Origin: Candidatus Marinacidobacterales bacterium
GTDB taxonomy: Bacteria; Acidobacteriota; Vicinamibacteria; Marinacidobacterales; DATDRI01
Length of the DNA: 64,000 nucleotides
Direction: 5' to 3'
Assembly: GCA_965219415.1 (NCBI GenBank)
Contig: CBDCNP010000002.1
Location: 4,320,001 to 4,384,000, forward strand
Of this stretch, positions 44,364 through 54,975 are shown piece by piece. The notes beneath the pieces are model-generated. The model searched no databases. It was not told the DNA's origin and saw nothing but the letters and a program-made list of their open reading frames with translations. Numbering within the stretch: the first letter of the stretch is position 1; each line of letters opens with the position of its first letter. A program made the translations under genes and the position numbers.

Positions 44364-44565
44364 ATGAGTTTAGAAGATAAGACGATCAAGCGCACCGTCT
44401 CTGCCTCGATGTTTCACCGCCTTGGTGACGAGTTGATCAAAGATCCTCAAACTGCTTTCTGTGAGCTGGTAAAAAACAGTTTTGACGCAGACGCTACAGA
44501 GGTCCGCATAAGCTTTCGAAAAACCCGAACAAAGAATGGCACTATCTTCATCCAAGACAACGGTA
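44364..44565 (+). pseudogene. GHKL/MORC-type ATPase N-terminus, truncated by IS3
   Basis: LGDELIKD..AFCELVKNSFDADA..IQDNG. Confidence 0.8.
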
Positions 44566-45640
44566 TGAAGTGACCCCGCTTTCGTGGACAGGTTAAGAGT
44601 TAGGGATCAAGCGTCGCGATAGTACCTCCTTTCGAATTGGATAGGCGAGCAATAGTCGATGGCGGAGTGTCGTCGTCGCGGGTTGTACCAGCCTTCGATG
44701 AAATCGAAGGTCGCCATGCGCGCCTCAGCGTGGTAGCGAAACGACCGGCGCTCGATCAGCTCGCACTCGAGCGTCGCGAAGAAGCTCTCGCACATCGCAT
44801 TGTCGTAACAGTCCCCGACCGAACCCATCGACGGTCGCACCCCGGCCTCCCGGCATCGCTGGCCGAACGCTAGTGACGTGTACTGCGTGCCCTGGTCCGA
44901 GTGATGGATGACGTCGCCGGGCTTGCGTTGGAACAGCGCCATGTCGAGGGCGCTCAAGACGAGCGACGTCCGCAGGTGGGTAGCCATTGCCCATCCGACG
45001 ATGCGTCGGCTGAAGGCGTCCAGCACGACGGCGAGGAACAAGAAGCCCGACCACGTGGGCACGTAGGTGATATCGGCGACCCACAGGCGGTCGGGCCGGT
45101 CCACCTCGAAATTCCTGTCGACGAGATCGGGGGCGGGACGGGCGTCGTCACAGCGAATCGTAGTGTGCGCCCTCTTGCGCCGGTGAACACCTTGAATGCC
45201 AGCCTCGCGCATCAGCCGCGCTACACGCTTGCGTGAGACGTGGAGCTCGTGTGTCTCTCGTAGCTCGTGGAGGATCCTCGGCGCGCCGTACGTGCTCCGC
45301 GACGCGGTGTGAATCGCCCGGATCTTCTCAAGCAACTCCGCATCCGACACCGCGCGGGCCGACGGGGCACGCTCAAGCCACGCATAGTAGCCGCTGGCGG
45401 AGACGTCCAGCAGTCGGCACATCGTGGCAACCGGTAGTGAATCCTGGTTCGCCCTCACGAATCGGAAGGCTTCGGTGGTACCGACTCGGTCTCCCGAGCG
45501 AACCAGGCCGCGGCTTTTGAGAGGATCTCCCGCTCCAACCGTAGTTGACGGTTCTCCCGTCGCAGGCGGCGGAGCTCCGCACGCTCCTCACTCGTCAGAC
45601 CGTCCTGCCTGCGACCCTCGTCGAGATCCGCCTGGTTCAC
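44566..45640 (-). mobile_element. IS3-family element lacking its left end (orfB 44607-45458)
   Basis: YGAPRI, WVADITY, HHSDQG, YDNAMCESFF; AAAAG frameshift site; right IR TGAAGTGACCCCGCTTTCGTGGACA. Confidence 0.9.
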
Positions 45641-45641
45641 C

Positions 45642-46065
45642 CCGTCCTGTGCCAAAACTCGGCCCTTTTGAAATAGGCCATAAATCAGCAGCTTAGTGTC
45701 TGTGTTTGCGACTGGGCCAAGGCCGTAGGCTTTACAATCGTCTGGCCCGAGGGTGTTATCTTCAGACCCATGATGACCTACCACGTGCAATTCCTACTGC
45801 TCGTTGTGGCTGGCTGGGTCAACCGCCAGCAGCAGGATGTGATCGACTACCAGCGAGAGGAGAACCGTGTGCTCCGAGCCGGGCTTCGGGGCAAGCGTCT
45901 CAAGCTCTCTGACGACGACCGGCGCAGGCTCGCCGTCAAGGCCCAGGCTTTGGGCCGCGAGGCGCTGGCCCAGATTGCGTCGGTTGCCACACCCGCTACG
46001 CTTCTGCGCTGGTACCGCTACCTCATCGCAGCTAAGTACGATGGCAGCAAGAACCGGAGCCCAGG
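45642..46065 (+). mobile_element. Family D rve-IS left end with N-terminal transposase fragment
   Basis: End CGTCCTGTGCCAAAACTCGG; [15 protein letters not shown]...LIAAKYDGS. Confidence 0.8.
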
Positions 46066-46231
46066 GGTGCTTGCGCTGTTTGCTGTTGGTGATGTGTACG
46101 TATCCCCTTGCAAAAACAGCGCTTACGCTCTATTTAGCGCGCGGCGAAGGTTGTGAGAGCTATTTTGGCTGTAATTTAATGCAGCGTAAAGTCTTAGCGT
46201 CATCTCACCAACACTTAATAGCGGAAGCACC
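46066..46231 (-). mobile_element. IS1-type MITE copy 6
   Basis: Reverse complement of 483-649. Confidence 0.85.
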
Positions 46232-46626
46232 AACGCTACTACCTGCGCATCTCCCGCTATACGATTCTCGTCGGCGGCGCCTTGGCTTTTCTCGGCTCGG
46301 TGCCGGATGTTGCGCTAATATTGGAGCTGGTCGCCTACGCCCTCGCTATTGTCGGGGCCAGTTTCTTTTTCCCATTGCTGGTCGGTTTGACGAACCGCCG
46401 CGTTTCCACGCAAGCGGCGGTCGCGTCCTGCGTCTGGGGAGGACTCACGACTGCGGCTTGGACGGTATTGACCCTGGCGGGCGTGTCTTGGGTCAAGGTC
46501 GTCCACCCGATTCTGCCCGGGCTCTTTATTTCCGGGCTGCTCATGTTTACCTTGACGCCGTTGGGACAACCGGTCCCGAGTGAAGCCCTACGGCGCTTTT
46601 TTCCGGAAGAAGCTAACGGAGGATGA
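46232..46626 (+). pseudogene. Sodium:solute symporter C-terminal fragment
   Basis: Terminal TM helices ASFFFPLLVGL...AAVASCVWG...HPILPG; 5' part removed at the MITE. Confidence 0.6.
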
Positions 46627-46630
46627 AAGA

Positions 46631-47233
46631 ATGAAGGTTGGTATCGTTGTCTTCGATAAATTCTTGACCAGTGAAGTTACCGCGCCCATCGAGATCTTCG
46701 CGAAAGCAGGGAAGAAGGGGTCGGTTCCGTTCGAGCCCTTTCTCGTCGCAGAAGAGAAGAAGGTCGTCGTGAGCGAGGAAGGCCTGCGCGTCGAGCCAGA
46801 CTACGACTTCGCGAATTGTCCACCGATAGATGTCTTAGTCGTCCCGAGCGGTCTCGACGTGGAGCCACTGTTGGCCAACAATAAGCTGATCGGATTCATC
46901 AAGGACCGCGCCGAAAAAGCGAAATACGTCGCCAGCAATTGCGCCGGGGCTTTCCTGCTCGGCAAGGCGTGCCTTCTCGAGGGTCGGCGCGTCACGACCT
47001 ACATCGGCGGGACCGAGGACCTGGCAAAACGTTTCCCCGAGGCCAAGGTTGTCGACAACGAGCACATCGTCACCGACGGCAACATGATGAGCTCGATTGG
47101 GGAACTGATGACCTACGACGCGTCCCTAGCTTTGGTAGCTCAGATCGCTGGGCAGGAAACCGCCGACAAAACCGCCGAAGCGCTCTACTACTTCCCGTGG
47201 GGGAAAACTGCGTCGTCATCGAAGAGAATTTGA
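46631..47233 (+). CDS. DJ-1/PfpI family protein
   Basis: VGIVVFD..SEV, DVLVVPSG, ASNCAGAFLL; ATG at 46631. Confidence 0.9.
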   Translation: MKVGIVVFDKFLTSEVTAPIEIFAKAGKKGSVPFEPFLVAEEKKVVVSEEGLRVEPDYDFANCPPIDVLVVPSGLDVEPLLANNKLIGFIKDRAEKAKYVASNCAGAFLLGKACLLEGRRVTTYIGGTEDLAKRFPEAKVVDNEHIVTDGNMMSSIGELMTYDASLALVAQIAGQETADKTAEALYYFPWGKTASSSKRI

Positions 47234-47254
47234 AGATCGTTCTCTAGGGCTTGA

Positions 47255-47418
47255 GGCCAATCAGCGGTCCTGCACGCTATTCTCAAAAAGAGTCTTTCAA
47301 TCGGGGATATTTCTTGAATTCTTCCGCAAGCAAAGACGCGACAGAGTTAATCCTCAAAAGGCACTCGTCGAGGCTGTCGAGAAAAACGTGCAGCCTATGT
47401 TCTCCGTCCAACCAATTG
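47255..47418 (-). pseudogene. STAND/NACHT-like NTPase fragment
   Basis: Walker B VFLDSLDECLLRI, then LRIACRTADWP across frameshifts. Confidence 0.55.
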
Positions 47419-47486
47419 GTGCTTCCGCCATCAAGTGTTGGTAGCCGCCGCGTAACCGGTCTGCGTGCTAGAGTTTGAGCCAGAAT

Positions 47487-47652
47487 GGTGCTTGCGCTGT
47501 TTACTGTTGGTGATGTGTACGCATCCCTTTGCAAAAGAGGCGCTTACGCTCCATTTAGCGCGCAGCGAAGGTCACGAGCGCTATTTTGGCTGTAACTTAA
47601 TGCACCGTAACGTCTTAGCGTCACATCACCAACACTTGATGACGGAAGCACC
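47487..47652 (-). mobile_element. IS1-type MITE copy 7
   Basis: Reverse complement of 483-649; abuts an IS1 end at 47419. Confidence 0.85.
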
Positions 47653-48148
47653 GCCTGGACTGCAACAAGCAAGGTGCAGATGGCTAAACAGCCTGGAGGG
47701 CATAAGTGGCCAGCCCGATGGCCGCCACATGGTCGTTGCCCGTCTGGTCAAAATACTCGAACGCCCATCGGGTCAGCAGTTTGCACCTTTCCGAGGGCTG
47801 CTTGAATCTGGCATCGCGGTCGGATACGTATTTCTTCCGGGAGCGCAGTTCGTTGCCTGCAGCTCGCCCCGGCAGCCGATTTGAGCCAGCCGTGCGCACC
47901 CCCGGTGGGCCTGTCGCCTGCCACCCGCAGCCCAGGGGTCGGAAGCCAGTCCTGCGGCGCGAAATACCCTGGATTCTGCGCGGATTCCAAGGGCGTCTAA
48001 GCTGCTGATTTGCGGTCTATTTCAAAAGGGCCGAGTTTTGGCACAGGACGCGGTGCCTGACGTTCAGGGACACCTTTGTGTGTACTGACCCTGCCCGGGT
48101 TTTGTGGACACCAACCGAGGCGCGACAATGCGCCTGGAGGCGTCCATG

Positions 48149-48316
48149 GGTGCTTCCATCATCAAGTGTTGGTGATGTGACGCTAAGACGTTACGGTGCA
48201 TTAAGTTACAGACAAAATAGCGCTCGTGACCTTCGCTGCGCGCTAAATGGAGCGTAAGCGCCTCTTTTGCAAAAAGGGATGCGTACACATCACCAACAGT
48301 AAACAGCGCAAGCACC
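48149..48316 (+). mobile_element. IS1-type MITE copy 8
   Basis: Homologous to 483-649; replaces the right end of the adjacent IS1. Confidence 0.85.
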
Positions 48317-49462
48317 GAAGAGACCGGGTTGCGCGCCCTACTGAGCAGGAAAACCTCGATCCGCGACCACAAAGGAATCGTCGTCGCCAAGAAGATGTCT
48401 CGAAAGGTGAGCCGTCGCGTCGTCAGACCAGCCTGCATAGCCGGAGTTCGGATCTCACGTCCGAACTTCAGAGCTCCGTGCGGTCGGACGAAGTTGTAAT
48501 AGCAACGGAGCAACTCCAGGTGCTCATCGAGCCTCTCCGTCGAGCGAGCGTGGGAAAGCGTTCGTCTCGAAAGGTATGCCGAGCTTTGCCGGATGGTCAG
48601 ATTCAACCGCTCGACGAACGACGTGTTCAATGTCGAAGAGTCCTCGGAGTTATTGAGCGCGTCTTTGAATCGCCACGCGGCTCCGTGCAGCGCTCTCCGT
48701 TCGACCTTGATGATGCGATCGTTCCTGCGCGTTTTTAGGACCTGACCGTAGAGACACGCTGGCCCGAAGAAGCGACGGATGACCTTCTGGTAGAATTCGA
48801 ATCCATCCGTGACGATCAAGGGAAGACGCTCGCAATTCATCCGTCTCGAAAGGTCGCGCAACAGAGCGTGAGTGTTCCGGTAGCTTCGCCTTCCCGTCAC
48901 CGTCGATGGCCAGAGCCGAGACCAGACTTCGATTGTAACGAAGACCCAACTCGGTGTCTTCTTGTTGCCCGCGAACGTGCGAATCTCGTCGGCTTGAAGC
49001 TCTTCGGCAGCGAAGCCAGCGTTCCTTCTGTGATTGAATCGACGACACACTTGGGCTGCCTTCTCGAGCCAGCGGGCGATGGTGTTCCAGGCAATCCCTT
49101 TGATCCGGGAAATCGAGGAAATGCTGACACCCTCGACTCTGAGAGCGATGACCCCATCGAAAGTAGCTCTTCGATGTTGGAGACGGTAGTAGGGCGTGCC
49201 TTTCGTCGAGGAGAACGTCTTTCCGCACTCGCCGCACCGGTATCGACGGCGTTTCCCGGACCTGGTTCGGTAGAATCCGTGGCGAACGATGTTTCCGGAA
49301 CTGACTTTGCCCCGCAACGGACATGCGAGATTGAGACATCTGCGATTCTTCACTTTGGCTCGGCCCTGACGATGAGAGAACTGTGTCTTCGGAATTCTGG
49401 TCCAAACTCTAGCACGCAGACCGGTTAGGGGCTGGCCGCCAACACTTAGTTGCGGAAGCACC
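48317..49462 (-). mobile_element. IS1-family element, open transposase, right end replaced by MITE
   Basis: Near-identical to 17268-18413 without the stop codon; start GTG at ~49353. Confidence 0.9.
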
Positions 49463-49928
49463 GAGCACGCCGGAACGGATGTCGTTCGGCTGCCGTACCG
49501 TTCGCCGAATATGAACGCTTATGTCGAGAGGTTCGTTTTGTCGATCAAGAGCGAGTGCCTGGAGCGGATGATCCTCTTCGGTGAGCCATCGTTGCGCCGG
49601 GCCATCGCCGAGTTCATCCATCATTATCATGGAGAGCGCAATCACCAAGGGCTCGGGAACGTGTTGCTCGAAGCGGAAGAATGCGTCGGCAGTCCCCACG
49701 GGAAGGTGCGATGTCGTCAGCGATTGGGCGGCTTACTCAGTTATTACCGCCGCGCCGCCGCATAGGAGTTCGGGCACGCCAGTCTGGACGGAACGGATGC
49801 TCTGGAGGAGAGCTCTGCTCGGGAACGCTTATCGCAGAGCTAGTGCCTCGTCGGCTGGTCTCCGCGAATTTCGAGGACGCCTCCAGGATTCGAGATTTCG
49901 GCTCCGTTCGCGTTTTCGGACACGACGG
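49463..49928 (+). mobile_element. rve-IS 3' fragment (family F)
   Basis: SPNMNAYVERFVLSIKSECL..ERNHQGLGN; end TTTTCGGACACGACG also at ~52233 and ~54652. Confidence 0.75.
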
Positions 49929-49995
49929 GTTTAGACTTCGTCGTGTCTAAAAACACAAACGAACTCAAGATCCGCGCCGGGAAGTTTCGGATGAG

Positions 49996-50254
49996 GGTAT
50001 TGTCAGATTAACGAAAACTCGGCTGACCGACCCCCAAGATAACGGGCTTGAGTACTGTCGTGAACCCGGCTTGTTGGGGGTCGGTCAACTAGCTTTTCGT
50101 CAACTAATAAGAAACTCAGGGTGTAGCGTTTGGGGGCAGTGACGTCAAAACCGAGTTCCCTCAGGCGTCGTGTTGAACCGGGGCCACCTCCAGCGACTAA
50201 CCGCGTTTCATGCATTCGGGGTGGCCGTCAGGCCGTGGAAAACTTGACAGTACC
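49996..50254. mobile_element. ~260-bp nonautonomous element with IS6/IS1-like TIRs
   Basis: GGTATTGTCAG...CTTGACAGTACC; one end also present at 18635-18666. Confidence 0.55.
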
Positions 50255-50266
50255 CCCGAAGCATAC

Positions 50267-51157
50267 TTAGGTCTCAGGCACAGGCACTGTGACATCCTGG
50301 TCTAGTCGAACCGTAAGCACCGTGCCCCGGGGTAGCTCGACGTCCTCGCTTCCCGTTGCCAGGATGGCTCCCGCGCCCCCAAGGACGGCTCCCACGACAG
50401 CGCCTTTCTTTCCTCCAAGCACCGCACCGAGAATCGTCCCGATACCGGCACCTACTCCGATTTTCGTCTTTTCGTCCCCAATGCCCGTCTCCAGGTCATT
50501 TCCAGACGCGTCCACGACCGTCGCTTCGATCGCCTCGTATTCCCCGCGTATCTCTAGGCGCTCAAAGGCGAGGACCATGCGAGCCTTTCGGTCTGTCCGA
50601 CTCTCAGGGCGATCTACCAACTCGACGATGCCTTCGAGCACGGCACCGGCGGGAATCGCTACGTATCCACGATGAACAACCGGATCGACAACGGTGACCG
50701 TGAACTTATCTCCCACGCGTGAGGTAGCGGTGCTCAGGCTCTTCTGAAGCCGAGTTCGGAGCTCCACGCCGACCGGGACGGTTACGGTTGCGGTGCCTTC
50801 AGCCGCATCCTTGTGTAGATTGTGTAAGTCCGAGCTCAACTGCGCGATGGCGTCGCGGAGCTCTTCAATCTCAGCGTCGTCCATGCCGGTCCCAGCGCCA
50901 CCTTCCTCGCGGTGCTTTTTCATTTTGACCTTGAGATAAATCACGTTCTCGCGTATGTCTTGGACACGCTGGCCGATGTCGGGTGGCACCTTTTGATCCA
51001 CTTCCACTGCCTCGATCTCAGCCTCCAGATTCCGTAGCTTCATCTGGAGATCCTCGAGTTCCTGCTCGGTTGCGTCGCTAAAGGCCGATACCGGTTTCCC
51101 AATGCCAGCCGTCAATAGGCACGTCGCGAGTCCTAAGTAACGGAGCTTCCTTTTCAT
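50267..51157 (-). CDS. Exported coiled-coil protein with TrbI/VirB10-like beta domain and glycine zipper
   Basis: Signal peptide MKRKLRYLGLA; VPVGVEL..LSTATS..GDKF; IGVGAGIGTILGAVLGGKKGA; LPRGT. Confidence 0.75.
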   Translation of the reverse strand: MKRKLRYLGLATCLLTAGIGKPVSAFSDATEQELEDLQMKLRNLEAEIEAVEVDQKVPPDIGQRVQDIRENVIYLKVKMKKHREEGGAGTGMDDAEIEELRDAIAQLSSDLHNLHKDAAEGTATVTVPVGVELRTRLQKSLSTATSRVGDKFTVTVVDPVVHRGYVAIPAGAVLEGIVELVDRPESRTDRKARMVLAFERLEIRGEYEAIEATVVDASGNDLETGIGDEKTKIGVGAGIGTILGAVLGGKKGAVVGAVLGGAGAILATGSEDVELPRGTVLTVRLDQDVTVPVPET

Positions 51158-51211
51158 GCATTCCTCCGCATCTATGTTTTTAGGTGGAGAATGTCGGGCC
51201 GATCTTGCACC

Positions 51212-51305
51212 TGTGCTCCGCAAAAAGTCTATCCAGCGTTGATTGCGCGTTTTAGACCTGCCATGGTCGGCTGCTTCTGGCCGATTTTCTTTTTTGCGGA
51301 TCACA
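51212..51305. mobile_element. 94-bp TGT..ACA MITE (family G)
   Basis: TIRs TGTGCTCCGCAAAAA / TGTGATCCGCAAAAA; 56-bp version at 56912-56967; single ends at ~24897, 38824, 44351, 52109. Confidence 0.7.
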
Positions 51306-51307
51306 GG

Positions 51308-51865
51308 CTAAACGGCCTGGAGGGTGTAAGTGGCCAGCCCGATGGCCACCACATGGTCGTTGCCCTCGACGACCTCGAGACGGCAGGTGGCCAGCGTGCG
51401 TCCCTTTCGTACGAGTTCTCCAATGGCGAGCAGGTCTCCCTGGACTCCCGCCAGCAAGCTTATCTTGAACTCCACCGTCTTGACCGTGGAGCCCGGCGAG
51501 ACCGAACCCACCGCGAAGTTACCCGCCGTGTCGGCGAGCAGACCGATGAGACCCTCGTGGATGACGCCATGCCTTCCTTCGAACTCGGCCCGAAACGGCA
51601 AACGCACGCGTGCCACGCCTTTCTCGCAATAGCCGAGTGTCATGCCCAGGTAGCGGCTGATCGGGGCCGCCTCGAAGAATTGCTTGAGTTTCTCGTGATG
51701 CGCGGAACGTTCCGCCGTTTCACCCACCCGCTGCTGGCGGACACCTTTGGGCAGAGGAACCGGCACCAGCTTGAGCTCATTGAGGGGAGCCGGACGAGGC
51801 CGGGCGGCGGCTTTCTTGCTAGCAGGCCTCGAAAGGAAGTCTTTCTTCCCTGGTCCTTCTTTCAT
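51308..51865 (-). CDS. PaaI-family hotdog thioesterase
   Basis: GVIHEGLIGLLADTAG, TVEFKISLL, RKGRTL. Confidence 0.85.
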   Translation of the reverse strand: MKEGPGKKDFLSRPASKKAAARPRPAPLNELKLVPVPLPKGVRQQRVGETAERSAHHEKLKQFFEAAPISRYLGMTLGYCEKGVARVRLPFRAEFEGRHGVIHEGLIGLLADTAGNFAVGSVSPGSTVKTVEFKISLLAGVQGDLLAIGELVRKGRTLATCRLEVVEGNDHVVAIGLATYTLQAV

Positions 51866-51904
51866 ATCGAGACACGCTCCACGATGTTGCGAGTGGCGTG
51901 CCGT

Positions 51905-52015
51905 CTACCGCCGGTCATAGATCAGTGTGGCCCGGGGGTCGGTGTGTCCGGCTAGGTACTGCACGTCCTCCAGGGGCACGTTCTGGCTGAGTATATCCGT
52001 GATCCCCATCACGCG
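51905..52015 (-). pseudogene. Tyrosine recombinase C-terminal fragment
   Basis: RVMGITDIL...VQYLAGH.DPRAT.IYDRR. Confidence 0.75.
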
Positions 52016-52396
52016 GACGCACAAAAGGGAGATTCTATGCCCTGGCTCGAGAAACTCTTTGCTCCACTCTCGCCGGCGATTGATGAAGATTTGACCTGAA
52101 AGCACCGGTGTGCTCCGCAAACGGTCGATCCAGCGTTGATTGCGCGGTTTAGACTTGCCATGCTCGGCCGCGAATTTCGAGAACGCCTCTAGGATTCGAG
52201 CTTTCAGCTCCGTTCGTGTTTTCGGACACGACGGGGCTCATGCGTGAGCCTTCCCATCAATGCCAGCGGGTTCAGGCTAAATTCCCAAGCTCAGGCGATA
52301 CACCCATCAGGACGACCTTGTGCCATCTCCCGGAGGAGGCGTGGGTAGCATCGCCCAGCCTCAGATCGCCTTGCCCGAGGGTGTGAAGCGGAGACT

Positions 52397-52980
52397 GGTG
52401 CTTCCGCAATTAAGTGTTGGCGGCCAGCCCCTAACCTGTCTGCGTGCTAGAGTTTGAACCAGAATTCCGAAGACACAGTTCTCTCATCGTCAGGGCCGAG
52501 CCGAAGTGAAGAATCGCAGATGTCTCAATCTCGCATGTCCGTTGCGGAGCAAAGTTTCGGGCCAGCGTGTCTCTACGGCCAGGTCCTCAAAACGCGCAGG
52601 AACGATCGCATCATCAAGGTCGAACGCAGAGCGCTGCATGGCGATTCGAAGACGCGCTCAATAACTCCGAGGACTCCTCGACATTGAACACGTCGTTCAT
52701 CGAGCGGTTGAATCTGACCATCCGGCAAAGCTCAGCATACCTTTCGAGACGAACACTTTCCCACGCTCGCTCGACGGAGAGGCTTGATGAGCACTTGGAG
52801 TTGCTCCGTTGCTATTACAACTTCGTCCGACCGCACGGAGCTCTGAAGTTCGGACGTGAGATCCGAACTCCGGCTATGCAGGCTGGTCTGACCACGCGAC
52901 GGCTCACCTTTCGAGACATCTTCTTGGCGACGACGATTCCTTTGTGGTCGCGGATCGAGGTTTTCCTGCTCACTGGGGCA
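52397..52980 (+). mobile_element. Deleted IS1 copy
   Basis: Left TIR plus transposase pieces with internal deletions. Confidence 0.85.
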
Positions 52981-53283
52981 GCCGACCCTGCGGGCTGCGG
53001 ACACGATCAAGGAATACAGCCAGTCCGATGGCGACCTCGACCTGTCCGGCCTAGTCAAATCGCTGAAGGAGGAGACCCGGGCCTGCAGCGAAGGCGACCT
53101 GAAGCGGGCGGAGGCCATGCTCACGGCACAGGCCCACACGCTCGACGCCATTTTCAACAAGATGGCGGTGCTGGCCATCAACGCTAAGTACATGGACCAG
53201 ATGGAACCCTTCCTGAAGGTGGGCCTGCGGGCGCAGTCCCAATGCCGGGCCACCTGGGAGTCGCTGGCGACGATTAAGAACCC
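52981..53283 (+). pseudogene. Fragment of a conserved island-associated hypothetical protein
   Basis: EAMLTAQAHTLDAIF...LRAQSQCRATWESLATIKNP; cut by IS elements on both sides. Confidence 0.55.
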
Positions 53284-54482
53284 CGTCTGGTCAAAATACC
53301 CGAACGCCCATCGGGTCAGCAGTTTGCACCTTTCCCAAGGCTGCTTGAATCCGCCATCGCGGTCGGATACGTATTCCAGTTCAGCGGAAGGAGTCGCGAT
53401 GGACTGGAAGACCATGCTGAGCTACATCTCAGGGTCCGTGGATGAGGAGTTGCTCCTGCGTAACGAGTATCTTGTGGCCGAGAATCGAGTTCTTCGAAAT
53501 CAGCTCCGGGGTCGCTTGCACCTGACCGATGGCGAACGGCGGTCTCTGGCCGAGCTCGGAAAGCGTCTGGGTAAGCAAGCCCTTGATGAGATCGCGAGTA
53601 TCGTGAACCCCGACACGATCCTAGGTTGGCACCGGAGGATTGTCGCGAAGAAGTTCGATAGCTCCAAGAACCGTCCGTATCCAGGGCGACCGCGAATCGA
53701 CGCCGACATCGAAGAGCTGGTGGTGCGTCTCGCCAAGGAGAACAACTCCTGGGGTTACGACCGGATTGCCGGGGCGCTAGCCAACCTCGGGCATGAAGTG
53801 GCCGACCAAACCGTCGGTAACATTCTGAAACGCCACGGCATTCCGCTCGCACCAGAGCGTCGGAAGACCACGACGTGGAGGGAATTCATCCGCTCGCACA
53901 TGGACGTGCTCGCGGCGACAGATTTCTTCACCGCGGAAGTGTGGACTCAGGGCGGGTTGGTGACGTACTACGTTCTGTTCTTCATGCACCTGGCTACCCG
54001 TCGAGTCCACGTCGCCGGCATCACGCCGCATCCGAACGAACAGTGGATGACTCAAGTGGCTCGCAACGTGACCATGGCAGATGTTGGCTTTCTGTCCTCG
54101 AGCCGATACCTCATTCACGACCGGGACTCGAAGTTCTGCGAGTCGTTCCACCGGACCATCGAGGCGGTTGGCGTCGCGCCCGTCAAGCTGCCCGCACGGA
54201 GCCCGGATTTGAACTCGTTCGCGGAGCGCTGGGTGAAGTCAGTCAAAGAGGAATGTCTCTCGAAGCTCATCCTGTTCGGCGAGAAGTCGCTCCGTCATGC
54301 GCTTAGGGAGTACGTCGTCTACTATCATCATGAGAGGAATCATCAAGGCAAGGAGAATCTGCTGCTGTTCCCAGCCAGCGACCCGTTACCTCAGTCCGAG
54401 CGCAAGGTGCGCTCCCGTGAACGGCTTGGCGGGTTGCTACGTTTCTACCATCGGGAAGCCGCATGAGTATTTTGACCTCACG
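53284..54482 (+). mobile_element. Complete family B rve-type IS (~1200 bp)
   Basis: TIRs CGTCTGGTCAAAATAC / CGTGAGGTCAAAATAC. Confidence 0.88.
53399..54466 (+). CDS. DDE (rve) transposase
   Basis: MDWKTML after RBS GAAGGAG; WGYDRI, ATDFFT, LIHDRD, PDLNSFAERWV. Confidence 0.9.
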   Translation: MDWKTMLSYISGSVDEELLLRNEYLVAENRVLRNQLRGRLHLTDGERRSLAELGKRLGKQALDEIASIVNPDTILGWHRRIVAKKFDSSKNRPYPGRPRIDADIEELVVRLAKENNSWGYDRIAGALANLGHEVADQTVGNILKRHGIPLAPERRKTTTWREFIRSHMDVLAATDFFTAEVWTQGGLVTYYVLFFMHLATRRVHVAGITPHPNEQWMTQVARNVTMADVGFLSSSRYLIHDRDSKFCESFHRTIEAVGVAPVKLPARSPDLNSFAERWVKSVKEECLSKLILFGEKSLRHALREYVVYYHHERNHQGKENLLLFPASDPLPQSERKVRSRERLGGLLRFYHREAA

Positions 54483-54975
54483 GCGTTTCGGATGAGAGGT
54501 GTCTAGGTTTGGTTGGCAATGGGAGCTAGAATGAGAAGTCTGCTCGGGAGCGCCTATCGCAGAGCCAGTGCCGCGTCGGCTGGTCTCCGCAAATTTCGAG
54601 AACGCCTCTAGGATTCGAGCTTTCGGGCTCCGTTCGGGTTCTCGGACACGACGCGTTCGAGTATTTGACCAGACGCGACGTCGAGCTCAACGTACTATTT
54701 GCACCATACGATCTCGTCGAGGAACAGAGCTGCGACCCCGCCCGCCGCGGCATCACGCGGCACCGCGTAGGCGGCCTCGGTCAACACGCCGGGCAGGCTG
54801 CCGCCCTTGGTGCCGAATGCGGTGAACTCCCGTTGGATGGACTCGTTTCCATCGGCCACGGGCTCTCGTTCGAAAGCCCTTCTCATGCCCTACAAGCCGC
54901 TCGACATCGCGAGCCACCGGTGGCATCGAATCAACGCGCCCGGACTCGTGGCCGCGTCATCTTCGCGCTTGCCAG

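Noticed and set aside
48064-49461. 465-aa extended IS1 transposase
   Set aside because: The extensions are translated TIR and MITE sequence.
53117-54466. 449-aa novel fusion transposase
   Set aside because: Chance in-frame read-through from a gene fragment across the IS end; the real start is 53399 with its own RBS.
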